NCBI GenBank assembly: GCA_031367385.1
Contig: JANLPS010000342.1
Location: forward strand, 1 to 20,709
Source of the DNA: Archangium sp.
GTDB taxonomy: Bacteria > Myxococcota > Myxococcia > Myxococcales > Myxococcaceae
DNA length: 20,709 bases
Direction of reading: 5' to 3'
Position 1 is the first letter of the stretch. Every line of letters begins with the position of its first letter. Of the stretch, positions 1 through 8,229 are shown one piece after another. Under the pieces are notes generated by a model, which was not told where the DNA came from, made no database searches, and saw nothing but the letters and a program-made list of their open reading frames with translations. Both the position numbers and the translations under genes were made by a program.

Positions 1-3000
1 CCGTCCCACACGCGAACGGTTCGGTCGTTGCCCGCGGTGAGCATGGTGGTGCCGTTCGCGGCGAAGCGAACGTCGTTGACTCGCGACGAATGCCCCAGAA
101 GCGTGCCGAGGCGCTTGCCGTCTTTGGTTGAATAGACCCGGCCCACCCCGTCATGGCCGCCGAGGAGAACCCGTTCGCCATCGGGCGAGAACGCGACCGC
201 ATTCGCTCGGTCAATGCCAATCTCGAGGTTGGAGATGACGCGAGCGGCCGCCACGTCGATCAGCGGCGCGAAAATCGCCCCGGCGACGACCGCTGCGCGT
301 GGCCCTTGGTACCCAACCAGCTTTTGCCCATCAGGTGAAAAAACCAACTGCGGCACGTCGACCCCCAGCTCGATGAGCCGCTCGTTCTCGAAGACTGCGT
401 CGGCGCCGAGGTGCCACAGGTGTAAGCGCCCTCCCAGCTCGAGGGCTGCGACGACATCGCCCTTCGCGTTCACGCTGCAACCGCGAAGCGGTTTGGGGGT
501 TGTGCCGAGCACCCCGAGCGGCCCTTCTTCGTGCACCAGAATGACTTCGTTGCCGCGGCACAAAACCCCAGCTCGACCATCGGGCAAGAACGAGAACGTG
601 ACATCGCTGGTGCCGGTCGAGGCGACCTCAACCAGGGTCGAAAGCCCCGGCACACTCAAGAGCCGGAGCGTGCCGGACACGCTCAAGGCCGCCAACCGGT
701 CGCCCGTTGGAGAAGGCGTCAAGGCCATGGCTTCACCGAAATTCTTCCACCCGAGCTGGCCTCCGAGCTTGGCCTCTGCACGATGCTCGAGGGAGTCGAG
801 CACCGAACCCGCGCCTCCGAGCCCACGCGCCTCGGCGGCGAAGAGGAGCGTCTCGAACGGTCGCTCGTCGATCGCGGCGAGCCGGGCCTGCTCGACGCGC
901 ATCGCCGCGAATCGGCCCTTCGCCTCGGCAGCCGATGCATCGGCCCGCTGGTACGCGCGAAAAACGATGACGAGCCCAACCGCCAGCACAACGAAGGCGG
1001 CGCCAAGCAGCGCTCGACGAACGCCGCGCGCGCGCGCTTCGTCTCGCAGCGAAGCCTGCGCGAATTCTTCTTCGAGCTGGGTCAGGCGACCGGCAAACCG
1101 AGTGCGCCAGACCCTGTACTCGGCGAGGGTTTCTTTGCGCCAGAGCATGCCCGCTGGGCGATTGCGGTCTGCCCATTGTTTCGCGGTCGCGCGCAGTTGA
1201 TCACGCAGTCGCGCGGTCTCGGCGTCCTCGCGCATCCACCCGACCAGGCGCGGCCACGAAACGATCAGCGCTTCGTGAATGATTTCGATGTTGTCGTCAC
1301 CCAGCTCGTTCTCTGAAGTGACCAGGAGCCTCGCATTCACCAACCGGTCAATCACCAGTTGGGCGGCGCTGGAGTGCCCCAAGACATCGAGCATCTCTTG
1401 GCGGCTCAAGACCGCACGCGTTGACTGCGAGGTCACCAGGTGCCGAAACGCTTCACGCACCAGAGCCGCCTCGGCCGGCGCCATCTGAGCGAGCGTTTGT
1501 TCGGCGTGGTTCGCGAGCGCACCGCCGACCCCACCGAGGGCCGCATAGGTCTTGGCCCGCATCTGCTTGAGTTGCCGATCGCGGAGGCTCCACAGCTGCG
1601 AGACGGTGAACGAGAGCAGTGCCAGCGCGCCTGGGTAGTCTGACACCTGATCGACCATTCTCTGGGCGAGCTGGTCGTCGTCGAACCCGTACCCGACGCG
1701 CCGGGCGGGCTCGGTGACCACCCTCAAGAGCTCGGCCTTTGCGGGCGTGCCTAGCAACTGCAGTGCCGACGAGAGGCGATCTTTGAATGCCGCGAGTTGC
1801 TGCACTTTGATCAGAAAGTCGTCGCGGAGCGTGAGCACCACCCGCACCCGACCCGCGGTCGCCTCGGCCAACGTCGCCACGAACGCGGCAAAGCGCTCGC
1901 GCACGTCTGCCTCGCGACAGAGCGTCACCAGCTCTTCGAATTGGTCGACGACCAACACCACCGTGCCCCCGGGGTCGATGGTGGCAGCCAATCGGGCCGG
2001 GGTCAGTTGGTCGACGGTGAGACCGAACTTGGCGGCGAGGCTCGCGAGCGGCGCGGCGCCAGGCCGCATGACCACCGCCCGCCACCCCTTCGGCAAGAGG
2101 GGGAGTACACCTGCGAGAATGAAAGAGGACTTGCCCGAGCCCGACGGCCCCACGACCGCGAGGAGGTGCGCCAATCGCAATCGATTGGCGAACGACTCCG
2201 CTTCATTCTCTCGACCGAAATAGTTGTCGGCATCGTCGGCGGTGAAGGTCGCCAGGCCTTTGTACGGTGGGTGGTCGTCATCGCCGACCCCTTGCGCCTG
2301 CCCCGTGTTGACCAAATGGGGCGGGAGCGCCGACCACACGGCTTCGCTGTGCCGCTCGAAGGGGCCGGGCAGGGCGACCAGTCGCGCGCCGTGGCGATCT
2401 GCGCCGTCGAGCAAAAAGAGCTCGTCGGGCATGCCCCCGCTGGGTGAGATGAGCTGCATCATCGGAGCGAGCACCAGGACCGGCACCCCGACCGAGTCGA
2501 CCAAACAGGGCACTCCAGCCGGCAGCGCGCCACTGACAGGGCCCGCCAGGGCGAGGCGCTGAGGTCGACGCGCGCCCATCCATCGCTCCGGCCCCGATCT
2601 CTGAACGACCAATTGGTAGTCATAGACGAACGTGAGTGCGCTCAACACACGCTCGACCGCGTTCATGAGCTTGCTTGCGTATTCGTGACCCTCCGCTGCA
2701 GAGGCCGATGGGTCAATCGGGGCAAGCGCTTCGAGCCCGGTGAGGGCCTGCCACCCCACCCCCTCGACGGCATCGGTCTCGCCGTCGAAGAAAAAAGTCA
2801 CCAGCTCGGGCACGGGGTAGGCGGCGCGTCGAAACGCGAAGGGCCGGCACAGCGCGCGCGCCAGAGCAAACCATTCAAGATCGGCCAACGAGCCTGCCGC
2901 CAGGCGGTTCGTGAGCTCGACCACCTCGGGGGTGTCTTGGTGAGAGCCCGAACCGACGCGAACTCGAGCCGAAAGCGCGACCGCCCCCAAGAACCGCGCC

Positions 3001-4109
3001 ACGACAGCCCGAAACGTCATGACCGCGGCTGCCAGCTTCTTCACCGTGCGTGCGACCTCGATCAGGCCGACCGCCTCTGCGATCGGTTGGGGGGCCGAGG
3101 TCAAGGCATTCTCACGGAGCGCGTCATTGAGCTCGGGCAACGACGCAGTGTCGATGCCGACCGCCGTCGCCGCGCGAACCGCAGCCGACAGCTCGAGCGC
3201 GGTGGCGTAGCGGTCTTCGCGCCGCTTGGCCGCACCCTTCGCGAGCACGTCGTACAGCGCCAATGGCAACGTCTCTGGCAGGGCCGGGAGCGGGGAGCTG
3301 GCGTGGGCGCGGGCCAGCTGACGAATTGACTTTGCCGCGAAAGGCAGCGAGCCGGTGAGCGCCTGGTAGGCGAGCAGAGAAAGAGAATACAGGTCGGCCC
3401 GCAGGTCGGCCGCCGACGCGTCGGCCCATTGCTCCGGGGCCATGAAGTGAGGCGTGCCGATGACCGCACCCTCTTGCGTGAGATTCATGGTCTCGGAGTC
3501 GACCAGCTGCGACGCCCAGGTTTCACTCAGGGTCTTGTCTGAAGCCGTTTTCAGCAGGTCGACCGCGTTGCTGTCTGAGTGCTCGCTCGGCACGAAACCT
3601 TCGCTCACTTTGGTCGTGTCAGAAGTGCGGCGCGCAATGCCGAGATCGAGGAGCTTCGGGAGCCACCGGCCAGATCGCGCGATGACCATGACATTCGCGG
3701 GCTTGATGTCGCGGTGCACGATGCCCTGCTCGTGCACTGCATTCATCACTTCGCACAGGCGCTCGAAGAAGGGCACGAAGCGGGCGGGCGCCACCGGCCC
3801 TTGCTCTTTGATGATGGTGTCGAGCGACGTCCCTCGCACCAGCTCCATTGCGATCCACAGCTGGCCATCGGGTTGAATGCCGAAGCCGTAGATGTGTGCG
3901 GCGAAGGGGTGATCGATCTGTGATGCGAGCCGGGCCTCTCTCAAGAATCGGTCTGCGGCCGATGAGCTCGATTGCGAGCCGCTCGGCATGATCTTGACGA
4001 CGGCTTCTCGCCCGAGCGTCAATTGCCGGGCCAGATACACCTCGCCGCCGCCTCCCTCGCCGAGTCGCTGCTTGAGGACAAAGTCGCCGAACGTTCGACC
4101 GTCGTCCAT
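1..4109 (-). CDS. Ser/Thr protein kinase fused to nSTAND1-type P-loop NTPase, TM helix and WD40 repeats (runs off the window's left edge)
   Basis: Hand translation from ATG 4109, which has an in-frame TAA four codons upstream. Kinase motifs: GEGGGGEVY, AVVK, HRDIKPANVM, DLG, GTPHFMAPE. NTPase motifs: PPYKGLATF, Walker A GPSGSGKS (~2127-2150), Walker B VVLVVDQFEEL, EIIHEALI. Hydrophobic helix LLGAAFVVLAVGLVIVF (~960-1010). WD motifs: AVAFSPDG, LLGHSSRVNDVRF...TVRVWD. The ORF track lists nothing in this frame, consistent with it being open to the window edge. Confidence 0.92.
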   Translation of the reverse strand, partial: MDDGRTFGDFVLKQRLGEGGGGEVYLARQLTLGREAVVKIMPSGSQSSSSAADRFLREARLASQIDHPFAAHIYGFGIQPDGQLWIAMELVRGTSLDTIIKEQGPVAPARFVPFFERLCEVMNAVHEQGIVHRDIKPANVMVIARSGRWLPKLLDLGIARRTSDTTKVSEGFVPSEHSDSNAVDLLKTASDKTLSETWASQLVDSETMNLTQEGAVIGTPHFMAPEQWADASAADLRADLYSLSLLAYQALTGSLPFAAKSIRQLARAHASSPLPALPETLPLALYDVLAKGAAKRREDRYATALELSAAVRAATAVGIDTASLPELNDALRENALTSAPQPIAEAVGLIEVARTVKKLAAAVMTFRAVVARFLGAVALSARVRVGSGSHQDTPEVVELTNRLAAGSLADLEWFALARALCRPFAFRRAAYPVPELVTFFFDGETDAVEGVGWQALTGLEALAPIDPSASAAEGHEYASKLMNAVERVLSALTFVYDYQLVVQRSGPERWMGARRPQRLALAGPVSGALPAGVPCLVDSVGVPVLVLAPMMQLISPSGGMPDELFLLDGADRHGARLVALPGPFERHSEAVWSALPPHLVNTGQAQGVGDDDHPPYKGLATFTADDADNYFGRENEAESFANRLRLAHLLAVVGPSGSGKSSFILAGVLPLLPKGWRAVVMRPGAAPLASLAAKFGLTVDQLTPARLAATIDPGGTVVLVVDQFEELVTLCREADVRERFAAFVATLAEATAGRVRVVLTLRDDFLIKVQQLAAFKDRLSSALQLLGTPAKAELLRVVTEPARRVGYGFDDDQLAQRMVDQVSDYPGALALLSFTVSQLWSLRDRQLKQMRAKTYAALGGVGGALANHAEQTLAQMAPAEAALVREAFRHLVTSQSTRAVLSRQEMLDVLGHSSAAQLVIDRLVNARLLVTSENELGDDNIEIIHEALIVSWPRLVGWMREDAETARLRDQLRATAKQWADRNRPAGMLWRKETLAEYRVWRTRFAGRLTQLEEEFAQASLRDEARARGVRRALLGAAFVVLAVGLVIVFRAYQRADASAAEAKGRFAAMRVEQARLAAIDERPFETLLFAAEARGLGGAGSVLDSLEHRAEAKLGGQLGWKNFGEAMALTPSPTGDRLAALSVSGTLRLLSVPGLSTLVEVASTGTSDVTFSFLPDGRAGVLCRGNEVILVHEEGPLGVLGTTPKPLRGCSVNAKGDVVAALELGGRLHLWHLGADAVFENERLIELGVDVPQLVFSPDGQKLVGYQGPRAAVVAGAIFAPLIDVAAARVISNLEIGIDRANAVAFSPDGERVLLGGHDGVGRVYSTKDGKRLGTLLGHSSRVNDVRFAANGTTMLTAGNDRTVRVWD

Positions 4110-4180
4110 CGCGATACTTTACTTTGCCCGCCGTCGGAGACAACAATGACGCCGCTTTTCACCACGTCAGGAACGGCGCA

Positions 4181-5539
4181 ATGGCTGTGACCTCGGAAGC
4201 ATCTGCGGGTTCGGTGCTGCTGCCTCCGGAGTCGATGGATGTCGTCGTTGCGGCCCCGCGCTGGGCTCACCTCATCAAGCGCTCCGCCACGCTCGATGGG
4301 TCACTCCCCCTGCGCGCCGCCCGCTTCTGTCGGCCTGTGATGGAGGGCACCGAAGCCGGCGGCCAGATCGTCTTTTCAACAGGCTTCACCGTGAGTCGGC
4401 GACGCGGTCTCTCGGTGAACGTGGCAGACCCAACCGGCGAGAGCTGGCAGGCCGGTGTCGATGCGATGGCTGCCGTCGTCGAACGCGGCCTGCTCCCTCG
4501 CGGAGGTCACTGGCATCGTCTCTTCAAAGAGGGGCCGGTCGTCGTGCAGCGAACCAGCCTCCTCGTGTGGACGGGAATGCTGATTCGGCCGAGACCGGGC
4601 GTCTCGCTGTTGGTCTCGCGCGCGTTCAATCGCCACGCGCGTCTGGTGATCAAAGAATACTCAATCACCGACGATTCAGAATTCTCACCGCTCGTGATCG
4701 AGCTCGACGCGCTTCAGTTTGGGCCGGCCCCCGCGGTCGTTCTCGGGGAGGTCGGCTGCGTCACTCCACTGTGGACGGGGTTTCAGCTCGAGCTGCGCAA
4801 GCTCAGCGAAGTGCCCCACATCGTCGACGGGTACATTGCCGTTCACAACCCTGCGTATGGCCAGCAGCGTCGGCTCAATCAAAACAGCGGCAACTACGTG
4901 CGGCACCCGACCGTCCGTGGCGCTCCAGCGGCTCGCTTGACGGGTACGGTTGGGAGTGCGTGGCCCGAAAAGCATCTCAAGCTCAAGACGTTTGACCGAG
5001 TGCTCACGAAGACCGGGTTTCGCCGCAAATCAACCAACGTTCAATTTCTTGAAGCGAGCGCGGTGCTCGAGTTTGAGGCAGCGTGGGACGGCCGATTTGC
5101 GACGCAAGCCCAAGTGAGCGGGCCGAACACACCGCGCGACCAGCTTCATCAATGGTGGAAAGAGAAATTCGGTGAAGGTGCCCATGCGTTCACGCCCCGT
5201 GAGCCGCTCTATTCGTTCAGCCGGTTCGGCGACGCGCTGCTGAACTGCCGGTACCCAGCCTTCTGCGAAACCCCTGCCGGTTGGGTCTCGATTGTCGACG
5301 GGTTCGACTTTGAAGGCGCCTGGGGCATGCGCGGCGTGATCGAGACCTCGTGGTACGGGGGTATCGTCGGGGCCTGGCACTTCTACGAAGCCACCCGGTT
5401 TCACATTCGGCGCAAGGTGCCGTTGATGCGATCAATCACAGTGCCTCAAGAACTGCTCAAAGCCCCGATTCGAATGATCGACCTCGCAGAAGCTGCAGAC
5501 GAATCTGCCTCCAACTCCGGCGACAAGAGCCTCGGGTGA
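4181..5539 (+). CDS. Hypothetical protein with two DUF6065-like (putative dUTPase-like fold) halves
   Basis: Long ORF (track start 4124; ATG 4181 preferred). Segments RAARFCRPVMEG, TGMLIRPRPGVSLLVSRAFN and ETPAGWVSIVDG...GVIETSW...VPLMRSITVP resemble DUF6065 motifs as I recall them. The family call is unverified. Confidence 0.7.
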   Translation: MAVTSEASAGSVLLPPESMDVVVAAPRWAHLIKRSATLDGSLPLRAARFCRPVMEGTEAGGQIVFSTGFTVSRRRGLSVNVADPTGESWQAGVDAMAAVVERGLLPRGGHWHRLFKEGPVVVQRTSLLVWTGMLIRPRPGVSLLVSRAFNRHARLVIKEYSITDDSEFSPLVIELDALQFGPAPAVVLGEVGCVTPLWTGFQLELRKLSEVPHIVDGYIAVHNPAYGQQRRLNQNSGNYVRHPTVRGAPAARLTGTVGSAWPEKHLKLKTFDRVLTKTGFRRKSTNVQFLEASAVLEFEAAWDGRFATQAQVSGPNTPRDQLHQWWKEKFGEGAHAFTPREPLYSFSRFGDALLNCRYPAFCETPAGWVSIVDGFDFEGAWGMRGVIETSWYGGIVGAWHFYEATRFHIRRKVPLMRSITVPQELLKAPIRMIDLAEAADESASNSGDKSLG

Positions 5540-6378
5540 ACGAGCGATTCATGCAGGCCGTGTTGCCGCTGCGAAATGCGCTGATGGGCACCGAAACCGT
5601 CGCCCCTCTGCTCTATCATCTGGTTCGTCTGACCAGGCCACGCCGCATTCTCGAAGTCGGCATGGGGTACACCACGCCATTTCTTGCCCAAGCGCTGGTC
5701 GACAATGAGGCAGACTTCGCTCAAGACCATCAGCTGCTCAGTCAAAAGACCGAGCCGACCCTCCTTGCTGCTGAGCGCGATGGGGGCGTCATCGGCACCG
5801 GTGCCTACTATGAGTGGCTGCACCGGGCGCCTGCGTATGCGGCACCAGCGCACTACCAGCAGCGGTACGAGCCCCGACTCGTCGCCTTCGACAACTTGTC
5901 GGAGTCTGCCGAGGTTTCGACCGCAAGCCTGGTCGAAGGGGTGCTCGACGCCCTCGACTTGCGGCGAGTCACCACGGTTCACCACCGCGATATTTTCGAG
6001 ATTCGAACCCTGATGAGCCCACGAGAGCGGCAGTTCGACCTCTTCTTCTCAGATGGCGCCATCTCGCCCGGCTTGAGCGACTCCGGTCGAGACTTTTTCG
6101 AGGAGTTCTGGGACCTGGTAAGCCCAGACGGCGGGCTGTTTGTGGCGCAGGCGCTGGGCACCACCGCGTTTACGGCCCAGTTGCTCGCGCGGTTCAAAGC
6201 GATGCAGGCATCAACGCACGCCAACGACTTCGAGCTCGTCAACCTTTTCGAGCCGCACAAATTGTCTCAAACCGGGCTCTTCATTCTAAGAAGAACTTCA
6301 AGCAAGCCGCTGCGAATCGACGCCGACGAGCATCTCGAAGATGCCGTGCGGTTCATGACCGAAGACGACCACGACTGA
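5536..6378 (+). CDS. Class I SAM-dependent methyltransferase (Methyltransf_24-like)
   Basis: GTG 5536 overlaps the upstream TGA (GTGA). Motif I region LLYHLVRLTRPRRILEVGMGYTT, acidic LVAFDN, FDLFFSDG, then LVSPDGGLFV. Confidence 0.85.
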   Translation: MNERFMQAVLPLRNALMGTETVAPLLYHLVRLTRPRRILEVGMGYTTPFLAQALVDNEADFAQDHQLLSQKTEPTLLAAERDGGVIGTGAYYEWLHRAPAYAAPAHYQQRYEPRLVAFDNLSESAEVSTASLVEGVLDALDLRRVTTVHHRDIFEIRTLMSPRERQFDLFFSDGAISPGLSDSGRDFFEEFWDLVSPDGGLFVAQALGTTAFTAQLLARFKAMQASTHANDFELVNLFEPHKLSQTGLFILRRTSSKPLRIDADEHLEDAVRFMTEDDHD

Positions 6379-6501
6379 GTTGGTCATCGGCGCCGCACCC
6401 ACCAAGTCGGCAGGGTCGATGGCCTCAGGCAAAGGGGACATTCAGATGGGGCGGTGACGAAAGGTTCCATCTGCGGTGAAGACAGACGACACTGCCTATG
6501 T

Positions 6502-7554
6502 TTGGACTCGACCGTCATCATCGAACGCATCGCGGCCGTCTGGCTCTTCTTCATGGGCTTGTCGATCGGCAGCTTTCTCAACGTCGTCATCTATCGGCTC
6601 CCCCGGGGCTTGAGCGTCGTCAGCCCGCGGTCGCGCTGCAACAACTGCGGCCACCAATTGCCCTGGTACGAGAACGTGCCGGTCTTTTCGTGGCTGGTGC
6701 TGGGCGGCAAGTGCAGCACGTGCAAGACGCCGATCTCAGCCCGCTACATGGTCGTCGAGCTGCTCACGGGCATCTTGTTCTTGGCCTGTCTGGCCCGCTT
6801 CGGCTGGGCCTGGGAGCTGGTCGGTGCGCTCACCTTCGTCACCCTGCTGGTGCCGCTCTCGTTCATCGACGCCGAGCTGTGGATTCTGCCGTTCGAGCTC
6901 ACCCTGCCGGGCATTCTGTTCGGCGTGCTGCTGGCGATACCGCTCGGCGCGGGCGCGGTGAAGACCTCGGTCATCGCGGCCATCGGCTGCTTCATGCTCT
7001 ACCGCGCGCTGGAGTGGATGGGCTGGCTCGGCTTCAAGAAAGAGGCCCTGGGCGCGGGCGACAAGTACCTGCTCGCGATGGTCGGCGCCTTTCTCGGGTG
7101 GAGGTCACTGCTCGGCATTTTGTTTCTCTCGTCGGCACAAGGGGCGGTGTTCGGCATCTTCAACATCGTGACCCGAGGCAAGGCGGGGCCTGATCAGCCG
7201 CCGGCGCCTCCACCCCAACCGGTTGCCGAGGGTGAGGCAGCCGCCGCGCCCGTCGCGCTTGAGGAGCCTGCGCCGACCTTCACGCCTGATTTTCTGCGGC
7301 CGGGCCTCTCGCCTTTGAGGCGGCTGGTGCTGCTGCCGTGGACGTTGTTTTTGCAATCGATACCCGACGATTTGCCCGACGAGCCCGAGACGGGTGCGCC
7401 GCCGGAGTGGGTGCCCGGTACCACCGCACTGCCCTTCGGCCCGTGGATCGCGCTTGCCGCGCTCGAGGTGATGTTGATTGGGCCCACCATCGTTCGGTTG
7501 CTCGACGACACCGCCATCGGGCTGAGCGCGCGAATGATGTTCGGCTCGATTTGA
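6502..7554 (+). CDS. pilD: Type IV prepilin peptidase/N-methyltransferase (A24A)
   Basis: GSFLNVVIYRLP, Zn-binding CNNC and CSTC, catalytic Asp motifs FIDAE and GAGDKYL, C-terminal PFGPW, multiple TM helices. The start is probably TTG 6502. Confidence 0.95.
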   Translation: MDSTVIIERIAAVWLFFMGLSIGSFLNVVIYRLPRGLSVVSPRSRCNNCGHQLPWYENVPVFSWLVLGGKCSTCKTPISARYMVVELLTGILFLACLARFGWAWELVGALTFVTLLVPLSFIDAELWILPFELTLPGILFGVLLAIPLGAGAVKTSVIAAIGCFMLYRALEWMGWLGFKKEALGAGDKYLLAMVGAFLGWRSLLGILFLSSAQGAVFGIFNIVTRGKAGPDQPPAPPPQPVAEGEAAAAPVALEEPAPTFTPDFLRPGLSPLRRLVLLPWTLFLQSIPDDLPDEPETGAPPEWVPGTTALPFGPWIALAALEVMLIGPTIVRLLDDTAIGLSARMMFGSI

Positions 7555-7578
7555 GACCGAATCAGGCCCCGAGGTTCG

Positions 7579-8229
7579 TCAGGCCTCGCTCAAACGCAGG
7601 TATTTCGCCGCGTCGAGGTTCTTGAGTGTGCCTTCGAGGTGGTCGCCCTCGAGCGTCACGGCGCGAAAACGACCATCTGACAACAGCCAACCGATCTCTT
7701 CGCCAGCTTCATAAATCACCCCATCGATGGCGGTGAACGCGCGCCCGGCACCTGAGAGCTCAATTCGCGCCGAGCTGCCGCCCTCGATGCGCCCGAACAA
7801 CCAAACCGCTCCAGGGGTGCGGTTGAGATTGCCAGTGAGCCGGCAGCCTTCAATCTCGAGCTCATAGTCTCCGAACAAACCCACTTGGCCGATTCTCTGC
7901 CCGGTCAACCAGACCGCGCCACCTCGAACCTCGCACGCGTAGTGGCCCACCCTCAGGCGGCCCGTCGGGCCAGACAAGCCACCCGCGACTTGTCGCTGCA
8001 CGTCGGCGCGAATGAGACTTCTGATGTTGCCAGAATGAATTCGCCCCTCGGGGCTGGTGACTCGAAATTCGCCGTTGGCGCTCAGCGAGCCAACCTTGAC
8101 CCTGTTGAGATACACCGAGCCATTCTTGACTCGGTACGATGCCTCGGCGCGGCTTCTTGAAGACGATTTCAGGGGAAACCACCGTCGAGCGCGGCGCGCA
8201 CTGTCTGTGCTGTGTAGCTCGTACCCCAA
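7579..8229 (-). CDS. Hypothetical Gly-rich beta protein with three internal ~66-aa repeats
   Basis: Three aligned repeats (NGSVYLNRVKVGSLSANGEF / GGAVWLTGQRIGQVGLFGDY / DGVIYEAGEEIGWLLSDGRF) support real coding. The start is uncertain because it overlaps the upstream gene end. Confidence 0.7.
   Translation of the reverse strand: MGYELHSTDSARRARRWFPLKSSSRSRAEASYRVKNGSVYLNRVKVGSLSANGEFRVTSPEGRIHSGNIRSLIRADVQRQVAGGLSGPTGRLRVGHYACEVRGGAVWLTGQRIGQVGLFGDYELEIEGCRLTGNLNRTPGAVWLFGRIEGGSSARIELSGAGRAFTAIDGVIYEAGEEIGWLLSDGRFRAVTLEGDHLEGTLKNLDAAKYLRLSEA

Noticed and set aside
214..3923. Multiple long plus-strand ORFs (e.g. 214-1200, 2613-3329)
   Set aside because: They are antisense shadows of the kinase-STAND gene, expected at high GC, with no recognisable motifs.
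6421..6475. c-di-GMP-I riboswitch-like words (GGCAAA...GACGAAAG) upstream of pilD
   Set aside because: The intervening sequence does not form the required GNRA-capped stem. Only a 7-bp inverted repeat CAGATGG/CCATCTG is present.
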